NCBI GenBank assembly: GCA_951406725.2
Contig: OX597842.1
Coordinates: 22,072,001-22,136,000 of the forward strand
DNA length: 64,000 bases
Source: Octopus vulgaris
Taxonomy: Eukaryota
Direction: 5' to 3'
In this document: piece after piece, positions 38,839 to 53,054 of the stretch
Position numbering within the stretch: the first letter of the stretch is position 1
How the letters are laid out: each line of letters starts with the position of its first letter
Notes under the pieces: model-generated
Seen by the model: only the letters and a program-made list of their open reading frames with translations
Told to the model about the DNA's origin: nothing
The model's database searches: none
Program-made: the position numbers and the translations under genes

Positions 38839-41415
38839 TCATGAAATGTGTTCTCTGTCTGTATGAACATGCCTGTGCATGGTTAAGTGATCGTTTCGAG
38901 AGAAAGACTTACCACAGATTTCACAGTGATATGGCTTTTCTCCTGTATGAACATGCTTGTGCTTGGTTAAGGTATCGATTCGAGAGAAAGACTTACCACA
39001 GATTTCACAGTGATATGGTTTTTCTCCTGTATGAACATGCTTGTGCTTGGTTAAGTGATCGTTTAGAGAAAAGGATTTACCACAGATTTCACAGTGATAT
39101 GGTTTTTCTCCTGTATGAACATGCTTGTGCTTGGTTAAGGTATCGTTTCGAGAGAAAGACTTACCACAGATTTCACAGTGATACGGTTTTTCTCCTGTAT
39201 GAACACGCCTGTGCATAGTTAAGTGATCGTTTTGAGAAAAGGATTTACCACAGATTTCACAGTGATATGGTCCCTCTCCTGTATGAAGATGCTTGTGCTT
39301 GGTTAAGGTACCGTTTTGAGGGAAAGATTTACCACAGATTTCACAGTGATATGGTTTTTCTCCTGTATGAACACGCCTGTGCATAGTTAAGGTATCGTTT
39401 TGAGAAAAAGATTTACCACAGATTTCACAGTGATATGGTTTTTCTCCTGTATGAACACGCTTGTGCTTGGTTAAGTGATCGTTTAGAGAAAAGGATTTAC
39501 CACAGATTTCACAGTGATATGGTTTTTCTCCTGTATGAACATGCTTGTGCTTGGATAAGGTATCGTTTCGAGAGAAAGATTTACCACAGATTTCACATTG
39601 ATTTGGTTTTTCTCCTGTATGAACACGCCTATGCATAGTTAAGTGATCGTTTTGAGAAAAAGATTTGTCACAGATATCACAGTGATATGGTGCTTCTCCA
39701 GTGTGAACACCACTCTTGTGCCTAGTTAAGTTTTCGTTTCGAGAGAAAGACTTACCACAGATATCACAGTGATATGGTTTTTCTCCTGTATGAGTACGTT
39801 CGTGAATGACTAACTTAGCTTTCTGAGAGAACGACTTGCCACAGATATCACAATCATATGATGTTTTGCCCTTTTCATTCTTCTCCTCATCAGAAAAATC
39901 AATCTCTTCAGACTCTCTTATACATTCAACTTCACTCCTACGTAATTCATTTTCCATAATTTTCCTTTCGCTCCTCACAGTACACAAAGGTTTTCCTTCT
40001 TCTCGTATATTACTCTTAACAAATGATTTACCAGAGATATCACAATGATATGGCTTCTCTCCCATATGAACATGCCTGTGCTTGGTTAAGTTATCATTTA
40101 GAGAGAAAGATTTACAACAGATTTCACAGTGATATGGTTTTTCTCCTGTATGAACATGCTTGTGCCTGGTTAAGCAATTTTTTCGAGAGAAAGATTTACC
40201 ACAGATTTCACAGTGATATGGTTTTTCTCCTGTATGAACACGCTTGTGCATGGTTAAGTGATCGTTTCGAGAGAAAGATTTGTCACAGATTTCACAGTGA
40301 TATGGTTTTTCTCCCATATGAACACGCCTGTGCATGGTTAAGTGATTGTTTCGAGAAAAGGATTTACCACAGACTTCACAGTGATATGGTTTCTCTCCTG
40401 TGTGAATGCATTTATGAATAGTCAAGTGATCGTTTTGAGAGAATGATATACCACAGATATCACAGTGATATGGTTTCTCTCCTGTGTGAACAGTACGCTT
40501 GTGCATTGTTAAGGTACTAGTTTCAGAGAAAGATTTACCACAGATATCACACTGATATGGCTTTTCACCTGTGTGAATACGTATGTGTCTAGTTAAGTGA
40601 CTTTTATCAAAGAAGGATTTACCACAGATATCACATTGACATGGTTTTTCTCCTGTATGAACACGCTTGTGAATAGTTACTTTACTAATTTCACAGAAGG
40701 ATTTACCACAGATATCACAGTGATATGGTTTTTCTCCTGTATGAATGTATTTGTGCCTAGTTAAGTTATACCTTTGAGAGAATGATTTATCACAGATTTC
40801 ACAGCGATATGGCTTCTCTCCTGTATGAATGCGTTTGTGAATAGTTAAATGATGAATATCAAGAAATGATTTACTACAAACGTCACAGTGATATGGTTTT
40901 CCTCCTGTATGAATACGTTGGTGAGTGACTAAGCTACCTTTCTGAGATAATATTTTACCACAGATATCACAGTGATATGGTTTTTCTCCTGTATGAATAC
41001 GCTTGTGCTTGGTTAAGGTATCATTTCGAGAGAAAGATTTACCACAGATTTCACAGTGATATGGTTTTTCTCCTGTATGAATACGCCTGTGCATAGTTAA
41101 GTGATCGTTTTGAGAAAAAGATTTGTCACAGATATCACAGTGATATGGTGCTTCTCCTGTGTGAACACCACTCTTGTGCCTAGTTAAGTTTTCGTTTCGA
41201 GAGAAAGATTTACCACAGATTTCACAGTGATATGGTTTTTCTCCTGTATGAGTACGTTCGTGAATGACTAACTTAGCTTTCCGAGAGAACGACTTGCCAC
41301 AGATATCACAATCAAATGCTGTTTTGCCCTTTTCATTCTTTTCCTCATCAGAAAAATCAATTTCTTCAGACTCTCTTTTACATTCAACTTCACTCCGATA
41401 TAATTCATTTTCCAT
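38839..41415 (-). CDS. Poly-C2H2 ZNF gene D (~27 fingers, two fused modules)
   Basis: Uninterrupted 900-aa ORF with ATG at MENEL (41415). The acidic leader recurs internally at ~39860-40020. Ends HTDREHIS*. Confidence 0.92.
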   Translation of the reverse strand: MENELYRSEVECKRESEEIDFSDEEKNEKGKTAFDCDICGKSFSRKAKLVIHERTHTGEKPYHCEICGKSFSRNENLTRHKSGVHTGEAPYHCDICDKSFSQNDHLTMHRRIHTGEKPYHCEICGKSFSRNDTLTKHKRIHTGEKPYHCDICGKILSQKGSLVTHQRIHTGGKPYHCDVCSKSFLDIHHLTIHKRIHTGEKPYRCEICDKSFSQRYNLTRHKYIHTGEKPYHCDICGKSFCEISKVTIHKRVHTGEKPCQCDICGKSFFDKSHLTRHIRIHTGEKPYQCDICGKSFSETSTLTMHKRTVHTGEKPYHCDICGISFSQNDHLTIHKCIHTGEKPYHCEVCGKSFSRNNHLTMHRRVHMGEKPYHCEICDKSFSRNDHLTMHKRVHTGEKPYHCEICGKSFSRKNCLTRHKHVHTGEKPYHCEICCKSFSLNDNLTKHRHVHMGEKPYHCDISGKSFVKSNIREEGKPLCTVRSERKIMENELRRSEVECIRESEEIDFSDEEKNEKGKTSYDCDICGKSFSQKAKLVIHERTHTGEKPYHCDICGKSFSRNENLTRHKSGVHTGEAPYHCDICDKSFSQNDHLTMHRRVHTGEKPNQCEICGKSFSRNDTLSKHKHVHTGEKPYHCEICGKSFSLNDHLTKHKRVHTGEKPYHCEICGKSFSQNDTLTMHRRVHTGEKPYHCEICGKSFPQNGTLTKHKHLHTGEGPYHCEICGKSFSQNDHLTMHRRVHTGEKPYHCEICGKSFSRNDTLTKHKHVHTGEKPYHCEICGKSFSLNDHLTKHKHVHTGEKPYHCEICGKSFSRIDTLTKHKHVHTGEKPYHCEICGKSFSRNDHLTMHRHVHTDREHIS

Positions 41416-43432
41416 AATTTTCCTTTCCCTCGTCACAGTACACAAAGGTTTTCCTTCTTCTCGTATATTGCTCTGAACAAATATTTCTACTGATATATCT
41501 CCATCAATAGTGATCTTTGTTAATATCTGAAGATGCTGCAAACTGCCTTCTTAATTACTTCTCATTAACACGCAGATTACTCTGTCGAATGTAATGATTA
41601 TTTATTCAAATTCTTCTGAATTAATCATTCATTATCTTATTGCTTTAAGATTTCAACGATGTGATTCTTTATGTTTATATGACATTGCCAGGTGAGTATA
41701 AGAGGCCAGATGTGGGCAGTTTTAACATAAAATAGCTTGAACGTTTGGGACTGATACGGCCAGTACAAATGCTAAAGGATTAATTCAAATACAAATATAA
41801 TTTTCTGTGTACTCCAGACAATAAAGAAGAGAAATTTCATAACATATGTCAGTTCAGAAGATATATTTTGCAGTAATTCAGTAAATATTTATAGAAACAG
41901 GGTTATACGTGTTTTGTATAACATCTTTGCTCAGTCTTCAAAAGACTTTCCATTCTAATGACGTTGCTTATATAAAACTCTTGTGAAGCAGATGTCATCT
42001 GATAATCTGAAACGAAAGAGAAACAACAGTGTAAAACATACAAGATAATTCGGAATTAGAGAGATTAAAACAGTGAGAGTTTTACTACATTTTTATATAG
42101 ACATGGCTATAGAAGTGCAGGGATGGTTGTGTGGTAAGATGTTGGCTTCCCAACCACATGGTCCTGGGTTCGGTCCCAGAGTGGCCAAACAAAGCCTTGT
42201 GAGAGGATGTGGTAGATGGGAACTGAAAAATGCTTGACAAATTCGAACTACCCGAAAGAATTCTAATCCAAAAAAGGAAAACAGAAATTAAATTATGTGG
42301 TACCTTTTGACAAGTCACCTGACAAAGCACACCTGACAAGACACCTGCAAGGCAATGATGCATGATGGGTTGAAATGATCACAGAGTATCATAGACTTGT
42401 AAATTCTATTTCCTTTCCTTTCATTGTTTAAACTCTATGGACATGAAGGAATTCCTACAGTAAATCCATTGTCATTTAAATCCATATTGTTGATGACATC
42501 AGATAGCCAAATACAGTGAGCAGGCTTTAAATGACATACTGCAATGTCTATATACAAATTTAAAATTATTACTTCATCATCATTTAAATTCCATTTTACA
42601 CACTGGCATGGGTTGAATGGTTTGAAAGGAGCTAACCAGCTGAAGGGCTGATCAGGCCCCATCTCTATCTTAAAATAGTTTCTATTGCTGAATGCCCTTT
42701 CTAACACAAACCCTTTACACAATGTACTGGGTGTTTTTTTACGTGGTATCAGCACCCATGAGCCTGCAAGATTAGGGATGTTCAGCTGGAGGGGGTTGCA
42801 AGGGACAAGCTTGTATGCAAGGGCAACCATGCTTTTACTTAGCTTGATGTGTCTTTTCAAACACAGCAAACTGCCAGGATTCTCGTTTCCTGATCCCCTT
42901 CATTTAATGTCCACCTTCAATACCAGTATCTGTTGGATGGTTTGGTAGGAAGTGGTCAGTCAGAAGACTGCCCCAGACTTGTGTGTCTGTTTTGGCTCAG
43001 CTTTTAAGCTGGATGCTCTTCCTAACACCAACCATACTACAGAGTGTATTGACTACATTTTAAGTGGCAAGATCACAGGCAAGGTCAGTTTTGGCACAGC
43101 TTTTTACATTTAATGTCCATTTACCATGCTTCCCTGGGTTGGTTGGTTTGACCTGGGCTGGCAAACAGGGGTGCTGCCCCCAGTTCCTGCCTGATTTAGA
43201 TTGCTTTCTACAGCTGGACACTCTTCTTAACGCCAACCACTTTAGAGACTGTGTTGAGATCTTCTCACATGGTACATGTATGGGTGTCTTTTATGCAAAG
43301 CAGTATAGATGCCCCTTATACAGATCACCATGATATATATATATACATACATATAAAAATTATTTGAGGGAATATAAATCCAAACTCACAAGGAAAAAAA
43401 TTCAATTTAGAAATACTAAATCAAATTTCACA

Positions 43433-43471
<39 letters not shown>

Positions 43472-44481
43472 AATTAGAAAAAAACCACCTTTTATCAATT
43501 CAAAATGAACAATTAAATTACACCATCTAGAAAATTACATATAATAGAATTATTAAAATTAAAATAACAATAAAATATCAATGACGTGTCGTTACTCTAC
43601 CCATTATATATGTTCTTATTATTTTTTTGCAATTTACTTAATCATGGATATTTTATGGTTATTTTAATTTTAATATTTCTATTATATGTAATTTTCTAGA
43701 TGGTGTAATTTAATTGTTCATTTTGAATTGATAAAAGGTAGTTTTTCTAATATATATATATATATACATACGTATATACGTATATATATTTATAATATAA
43801 AATCTGTTCTGTCTGTCTGTGTGTCCTCTAGGATCTCGGGCATCCTCAATCTGATTGCAGCCTAATTCGATATGTAGATGCCGAAGGTATCAGGATAAAG
43901 CCATGGGAACGTGCATTTATATGCGCAAGTACATCATCTGTTGTGATCGATACTACACATACGCAAGAAAAATGCACATGCAGTTTGTGCCGGCTGGCTT
44001 GAAATAATGCCACAAAATGCAGTATATTTAAGAGACCAAAAAAGTAAGATGCAAAAGAGATATTTTCTTCAAACTTGGCATGAAGGAAGGAAAGACTATT
44101 TCGTTTCTCAAGAAGTTTTTTTTTCTTTGCCTTAACTTTGTTTAACAAAACCAAAAGTTTTATTGAAATATAGGCATGCTTAATTATTTTTTAATGAAAA
44201 GAACTGTTTAAACCATGTTTGTGTTCTCCCAGTCAACAGCCTTATAATTACTGGTACTTTAAACTCTTCGGTTGCATATTTTTGTGAATAAAATCGTTTT
44301 TCTTTGGAATAGAAAATAAGTCTATCTTTATTTCTTCTTTTGCTGGTGTCCCTAATTTAGGTTAAATCAGTGTTTCTCAAAGGGGAGGCATATGGAGCGG
44401 TCGGACAAGTTGTCTTGAGAAAATTTGGTTTAAATGTTTGACATCACCGTCCTTGGACGGGGAGGAGGGGCACTTTGCAAC

Positions 44482-44513
<32 letters not shown>

Positions 44514-44801
44514 CTTTGATATTTTGATAGGTTTCGGCCATTATTGGCCCAGGCCATGTCTAACTTAATAGCACCACCTGGTAATAGCACCACCTGGTAT
44601 ATATATATATAATTATAATTCTGCTCCTTATTATTACTATCTTTTACTTATTTCTGTCATTAGACTGCCATCATGCTGGGGCATCGCCTTGAAGAATCTG
44701 TAGTGAGACTGGATCGACCCCAGAACTTATTTGTTTTTTATGCCTGGAACTCATTTCATCAGTCTAATATAAAAACAAAATGAAATTATTACTTTACTCA
44801 C

Positions 44802-44915
44802 CATTTAATATCACTCCTTATCCTCCGTAGAGTCTTTCCCCCAGCAGTTTTGATACAAAAGTAGAAATTCATCGAGAAAAGTCGATAATCTTAGACGAGA
44901 TCAAAGAATATCTGA
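44802..44915 (-). other. Putative upstream non-coding exon of gene D (intron 42007-44801)
   Basis: Near-identical to 9511-9625, with a GTGAGT donor. Confidence 0.6.
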
Positions 44916-46184
44916 CCCTAAAAAGAACCATGACAAAAATTGTGTAAACGGGGAATAAATAAAACATGTAATGGTTTGCTTGAAATACCGAAACGAAATC
45001 TTAGCGTTGTACCAAAATTAACAGCAACTATTTACACCATGCAGTATTTCCTGTGGTTTTTTATGTTCCGATCTCAAATCCCGCCGATGTCAATTTTACC
45101 TTTCATTGCTTCGGAATCAAAATAAAAATCCATCGAAAAGAGAGGTTGATACTAATCTCCCCCACACCCCCAATATTAAGTGTATTAATAAGAACTTTGC
45201 TTCTAGCAGGTAACTGAGGTAACAATTATATCTTTTTCTACTCTAGGCACATGGCCAGAAATTTGGGGTAAGAGGGGCAGTCGATTAAATCGACCACAGT
45301 ACACAACTGGTACTTAAATTATCGACCCCGCAAGGATGAAAGGCAAAGTCGACCTCGGCGGAATTTGAACTCAGAACATAAAAAACAGACGAAATACGGC
45401 CAGGTATTCCGCCCGGCGTGCTAACGTTTCTGCCAGCTCACCGCCTTAAGAAACAATTATATCAAAAGCAACTTCCACGAATGAATGACCAATTAGTAAT
45501 ATGTCACCTTTGGAAAATGCGAACGTTTGCTGCGCTTGCAAAAAAGACCCATGTGCGTGTGAGCGCACCGGGACCACTGTTCGCTAGTAGTACCTATAAA
45601 AAGTGCGTAGAAAACGAAATGAAAAGAATACAGCTCCATATAATATTCAGAGGAAGATTGTTACCAAAAAAAATTCCAGCATTGATTAGAGGAAGGGATT
45701 AGATGTGATAGAAATTTGTGTTGGTATTAATTCATTGAAAGACGATAAGGAAAATTAGTGAGTAAAGGGAGATAAGCAAGGGCATGAGCCTAATTACGGG
45801 AAAAAGAAGCATTCGATCTTTAGATGGCTTCATAGGCTTATAACGGTGGTGGATCTCCGTCGTTTCACAACGAGGAGTCAATCTTTTGGCCAACTGATTT
45901 ACTTGCACTTCACTGAGTATTTGCTGGTGTACAAGATGCATCCTTACTTTAGCAGAATATTTAGGGCAGAAACCAGATTAATACGTTTTGTCATTCAGCC
46001 ATTGGAAAACGTTTTAAAGTAGTTTTGTAGAGAAAATGTGGCTGCATTTCGCTTTGACCCTTTAACCTTTAACATTGTTCAATGTGATGAAGATGACGGG
46101 AATTGAACTCACGATTGAGCCATGCACCTTCAAATATATATGAGAAGTTACGTAATAGCTTCATATATATATTTGTTACTTTCT

Positions 46185-46503
46185 GTTGCTTCCTTTCAGC
46201 ACGTAAAAAGCACCATCCGAACGTGGCGCATTGTCGCGCCGCCTTGACTAGCTTCTGTGCCGGTGGCACGAAAAAAGCACCAACCGACTGTTGCCGCAGC
46301 GAGCCCCCCTGGCACCTGTGCTGGCGGCACGAAAAAAGCACTCACCACATTCACAGAGTGATTGGCGTTAGGAAGATCATCCACCAGAAGAAACACTGCC
46401 AGATCAGACTGGAGCCTGGTGCAGCCTCCTGGCTTCCTAGACCCCGGGCAAACTGTCCAACCCGTGCTAGCACGGAAAACGGACGTTAAACGATGATGAT
46501 GAT
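46185..46503 (+). mobile_element. RTE 3'-UTR-derived short element
   Basis: Ends GGACGTTAAACGATGATGATGAT. Confidence 0.8.
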
Positions 46504-47367
46504 TCTCCCTCTTTGTTTCTCTCTCATTTTCCCACTCTCTTACATTTCTTTTCTCTTGACTCTCCCTCGCTTTCTCTTACTCTCTATCTATCTCTCTCCC
46601 ATTTATAAACAACAAAAGATCTTGAGTAAGTTGAGAAATAAAATATTTAGAAAGATCAATCATAAATCTCAGGCAGTGGCAACGGAAAGGTCTGCTTCAA
46701 GGCAGACAGCAAAACACTAACATTTAAAAGGGACAGACGAACTTGCGAGCTGAATAAAAATAATAAAATATTGGAAACCAAAGTTTGAAGGGATAGAATC
46801 TGAGGATAGTAGAGTCACCATGGCTGGCATTTCTTAACGACGGACAGCAACATATTGACAGTTTAAAGGCTGGCGTAAAATTTTGGACTTGATGCAAAAG
46901 AAGATTGGTAAACACCAATTTTTTAAGTGATTCTTTCTCATGACAGTAGACTCACCATGGCAAGCATTCAAAACTTCTTCATCGTGGACGGCAACACATT
47001 GACGATTAAAAGGCTGGCACAAATTTTTTAGCTTGATGTAACAGAGAATTCCTAAACACCCGCTCCTTTAAATTTTAATCCCTTTCAGCCCCATTTAGAC
47101 CCCTTTTCACATTTTGGTTAATATAACCTGATTTCATTCGGGTCTACTGGGGCCACATTTTATAAGATGAGAAATTTTGTCCTAGAGGTCACGCCTTTCA
47201 TTTGAGGAAAAGAATATTTGTCATGCAAACTTGCCAGCACTTTTAACATAGGTGTGCATATTTTCAGCTCAACCGACCGACCACATAATGCACACATTAT
47301 ATATATATATATATATGTATATATATGTGTGTGTGCATGCATTATATATACAAATTATATATATATA

Positions 47368-49831
47368 AGGCTTGGAAGGACTGGAAGAACGGTGGTAGCA
47401 GGGAAGTGTATCAGACTGCCAGAAGGGAAGCTAGGAGGCAGGTGTATTTAGCCAGAGGGGAAGCAGATAAGAAAAAATTTGCCAATGTCCTGCGCCGGGA
47501 GTATGAAAGACTTGAGGTATTTCGTGTTGCAAGACAGTGTGTGAGAGAGAATCGTGACGTGGTAGGAGAGAAATGCGTTCGCAAGGATGACGGTTCACTT
47601 GCGCTAAATGGGGATGCAAAGAGAGAGGTTTGGAGACGCCACTATGAAAGATTGCTGAATGAGGAAAATGAATGGGATAAAGAGAGTCTGCCGAATGTCG
47701 ACCCAACAGAGGGACTAGCAATCCGAGTTGACAGTTCCTTAGTAGTTTTGGCAATTACAAGCATGAGAACAGAGAAAGCCCCAGGCCCATCAGGTATTAC
47801 TGCAGAGATGCTCAAAATATCTGGTAGTGTCGGCTATAGCCTACTCACCTGTATAGTTAACCAGGTGATACACGAAGGAGTCATACCCAATGACTGGTGT
47901 AGCAGCATACTAGTCAACTACTACAAAGGTAAAGGTGACGCCCTAGATACAAATAACTACAAGGGTATCAAGCTGCTGGATCAGGTAATGAAGGTTACGG
48001 AGAGGGTTATAGCCCAACTAATTAGAGAGAGAATTAGCTTAGATGAGATGCAGTTTGGGTTTGTGCCAGGGAGAAGTACTACTGATGCTATATTCTTGGT
48101 AAGACAGCTGCAGGAGAAATACCTAGCCAAAGATAAGCCCCTGTACCTGGCTTTTGTTGACATGGAGAAAGCCTTTGACAGGGTCCCCCGATCCCTTATC
48201 TGGTGGTCAATGAGGAAAGTAGGGATAGATGAATGGTTAGTTAGAGCTGTACAGAGACGCTGCTAGTAAGGTAAGGGTTGGCAACGAGTACAGTGAAGAA
48301 TTCCGGGTAGAGGTTGGGGTCCACCAAGGTTCAGTCCTCAGTCCCCTCCTATTTATCATAGTCCTCCAGGCAATAAAGGAGGAATTCAAGACAGGATACC
48401 CCTGGGAGCTCCTCTATGCTGATGACCTTGCTCTAATTGCTGAGTCACTATCAGAACTGGAGGAGAAGTTTCAGGTGTGGAAGCAAGGTCTAGAATCAAA
48501 GGGCCTCAGAATCAATCTAGCCAAAACCAAAGTCCTAATAAGTAGGAAAGTAGACAAGTCACAAACGCCTTCAGGTAGATGGCCCTGCTCGATCTGTAAA
48601 AAAGGTGTAGGTAGAAACTCTATAAGGTGCACCAAGTGCAAGCTATGGACACATAAGAGGTGTAGCAATGTCAAAGGAAGGCTAACTAGGTAAATAGTTT
48701 TTGTCTGTGGCAGATGCTCAGGAGCAATAAACACTGAAAATGTGCAGAGACCAAGGTCTACCTAGTTCCAGGGAGAAAAACTAGAAGTAGTTGATAGCTT
48801 CCGCTACCTAAGTGACCAAGTCAGTAGCGGGGGTGGGTGTGCTGAAAGTGTAACTGCTAGAGTAAGAATAGCCTGGGCAAAGTTTAGAGAGCTCTTACCC
48901 CTGCTGGTGACAAAAGGCCTCTCGCTCAGAGTTAAAGGCAGACTGTATGATGCATGTGTATGTACAGCCATGCTACATGGTAGTGAAACATGGGCTGTGA
49001 CTGCTGAGGATATGCGTAAGCTCGCAAGAAATGAAGCCAGTATGCTCCGATGGATGTGTAATGTCAGTGTTCATAATCGACAGAGTGTAAGTACCTTGAG
49101 AGAAAAGTTGGACCTAAGAAGCATCAGTTGTGGTGTGCAAGAGAGATGTCTGCGCTGGTATGGGCATGTGACGAGTATGGGTGAAGATAGTTGTGTGCAA
49201 ATGTGCCACACTCTAGCATTTGAGGGAACCTGTGGAAGAGGTAGACCCAGGAAAACCTGGGACGAGGTGGTGAAGCACAACCTTTGAACTTTAGGTCTCA
49301 CCAAGGAAATGTCTAGAGACCGAGACCTATGGAAGTATGCTGTGCATGAGAAGACCCGGCAAGACCAGTGAGGACAGTCAAAATCAAACCAAATTAACAT
49401 CAGTGGAAATTGCAGCTGTGGTTAAGCGAACCATCCAATCGTTTGTCCATTGCCAGCCTCACCTGGCCCCCATGCCGTTGGCACGTAAAAGCACCATCCG
49501 CTCGTGTCCGTTGCCAGCTTCGCCTGGACCCCTGCACGTAAAAGCACCATCCGTTCGTGTCCGTTGCCAGCCTCGCTGGGCCCCCGTGCCGGTGGCACGT
49601 AAAAACACCATCCGTTCGTGGTCGTTTGCCAGCTCTGTCTGGCACCTGTGCAGGTGGCACGTAAAAAGCACCCACAACACTCACGGAGTGGTTGGCGTCA
49701 GGAAGGGCATCCAGCCGTAGAAACACTGCCAAATCTGACTGGGCCTGATGAAGCCTTCCGGCTTCACAGGCCCCAGTTAAACCGTCCAACCCATGCTAGC
49801 ATGGAAAACGGACGCTAAATGATGATGATGA
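47368..49831 (+). mobile_element. 5'-truncated, decayed RTE LINE
   Basis: Fragmented ORFs homologous to 18585-20593, with stops and frameshifts and a (GAT)n tail. Confidence 0.92.
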
Positions 49832-51514
49832 TATATATAAATTAAATTAGATAAAAAACCACTAATAGGCAAATGAAACAGTGAAAAACCCAAAACAAAA
49901 ACATAAAAATAAAAATATAATATAGAAAATATAGAAAATATAAAATTTAAACTATTAAAATTTAAAATAAAAATTATTAAATTATATTTATAATTTGTTT
50001 AAAAATATAACTATCAAAAAGTATTAAAAAGTTTAATATACATAAATACAGATATATACATTATATATACATATTTATATATCGAACACACACATATATA
50101 AATGAACACAATAAATATCTGATTCATATTTGTTCTCATGATTGTGTTGGTGGTGGCGATGATAATTCTCTCTATGAGTGCAGACATAGTTATAAAGGGT
50201 ATGTGAAGGGGAGTTAGACAGGAAAGGGAGGAAATAGCGTGAGTGAGAAAGACAGATACGTAAAAGAATGGGAGTAGACTTGTCAAAGTGGGTTTTTGGT
50301 CCTAGCAACGACACCTTTTAAGATAGGGATTTCTAACGTAACCCACGGGCATCGTCACTTCATTTTATATGTCCCTGTAATTTTTGGAGTCAATCTGACG
50401 GGTTGTAGTGGCCTTGAAAGTGATCCAAGCGGTCGAGTCAAACAAACTTTTTTTCAGTTTTATAAATAGAGATATACGAGAAGTATCACCCAGTATTGCT
50501 CGAGTTTGTTTTCTTTTCGACCCTTTAGAATTGGAATTTTAGAAAAGTAAATGTTTTGCATTATGTAGCTTGTTATTCTCTTTAAGTGAACAGTTTTCTG
50601 GTTGAAATACACTGAAAGATGACGAGACAGCAGTCAAAGAATCGTAAAAAGTAGGGATTTTCGTAGATAAAAAGCATCTGATTGATATAAATAATTTTTG
50701 GTGATGACAAGGTGCGATTTCAATTTTTTCTTCTACGGAAGGAAGAGCAAGCCTTCTTTTATCATACTCTCAATTTTGGTCAACATACGCTAAAGTGTCT
50801 CGGTAGAGATAGTGTTAGTTGAAGGCTGCAAAACCTGCCACACACACAGACAACTTCAGCTTTATATATATAGATATATCGTGCAATGCCACTCCCTGTA
50901 AGAAGCATTTGTGCCAGTTCATGTAAAAAGCACACATGCTGATCCATGTGGTTATTCAACTTACTCCTTCCCCTGAAATTGCTGGCCTTGTGCCAAAATA
51001 ATGTCAGATACAATAATGCCTTGATATATGAGTTAATTTCTTCCTGGAGATTGCTCCTAAAGGGAAAACTCATAAAGCAAAGCAATAATTTCCCATAGAA
51101 GCAATGTTATAAATTGTAATTCAATCCCAGAAAAATATTTTACCAATAAAATTTATAATACTTGTAAATAAATGACAATAAAACAACAGTAGAATGTAAA
51201 GAATATTTTATGTAAAGTCAAAAACAATGTCAAGATTATTTAGAATAGGCAAAATATTATTATTATAATTGTTTTCTGAATCACTTTGAAAAGACTCAGG
51301 GACACCATCATTTGTAGACGTGGACACTGATTCACAAGCAAAGAAACAAGTCTAGAGTTGTTTACTGAGAAGCATTCCTTTGCTCTTTATAAACTTCTTG
51401 GTAAGACACAGGTGCATTTGTTATGGTAGTAGAAACTTTCAAAATTTGGATGTTGTGCTTGAAAAATAAAACTCATAAACAACGTCTGTAACTTGGGAAA
51501 TGAATCTATTCCTC

Positions 51515-52304
<790 letters not shown>

Positions 52305-53054
52305 TCAGTGATTAAGCAGCTGACTATTTTGAGAAAATGATTTACCAGAGATATCACAATGATATGGTTTTTCTCCTGTATGAACACGCTTGTGCTTGGT
52401 TAAGGTATCGTTTTTAGAATAGGATTTGCCACAGATTTCACAGTGATATGGTTTTTCTCCTGTATGAACACGCCTGTGCATAGTTAAGTGATCGTTTTGA
52501 GAAAAAGATTTACCACAGATTTCACAGTGATATGGTTTTTCTCCTGTATGAACACGCTTGTGCTTGGTTAAGTGATCGTTTCGAGAAAAGGATTTACCAC
52601 AGATTTCACAGTGATGTGGTTTTTCTCCTGTATGAACACGCTTGTGCTTGATTAAGTTATTGTTTCGAGAGAAAGATTTACCACAGATTTCACAGTGATA
52701 TGGTTTTTCTCCTGTATGAGCACGCTTGTGCATGGTTAAGTGATCGTTTTGAGAAAAAGATTTGTCACAGATTTCACAGTGATATGGTTTTTCTCCTGTA
52801 TGAACACAACACTTGTGCCTAGTTAAGTGATTGCTTTGAGAAAAGGATTTACCACAGATTTCACAGTGATATGGTTTTTCTCCTGTATGAGTACGTTCGT
52901 GAATGACTAACTTAGCTTTCCGAGAGAACGACTTGCCACAGATATCACAATCAAATGATGTTTTGCCCTTTTCATTCTTTTCCTCATCAGAAAAATCAAT
53001 TTCTTCAGACTCTCTTTTACATTCAACTTCACTCCTAACTAATTCATTTTCCAT
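52305..53054 (-). CDS. Poly-C2H2 ZNF gene E (7 intact fingers)
   Basis: ORF 52305-53075 with ATG at MENEL (53054). Ends [17 protein letters not shown], like gene A. Confidence 0.85.
   Translation of the reverse strand: MENELVRSEVECKRESEEIDFSDEEKNEKGKTSFDCDICGKSFSRKAKLVIHERTHTGEKPYHCEICGKSFSQSNHLTRHKCCVHTGEKPYHCEICDKSFSQNDHLTMHKRAHTGEKPYHCEICGKSFSRNNNLIKHKRVHTGEKPHHCEICGKSFSRNDHLTKHKRVHTGEKPYHCEICGKSFSQNDHLTMHRRVHTGEKPYHCEICGKSYSKNDTLTKHKRVHTGEKPYHCDISGKSFSQNSQLLNH

Noticed and set aside
41416-41541. N-terminal extension MQHLQILTK... from the ORF track
   Set aside because: Starts at TTG just after an in-frame stop; the first true ATG is downstream (MENEL or MSNI).
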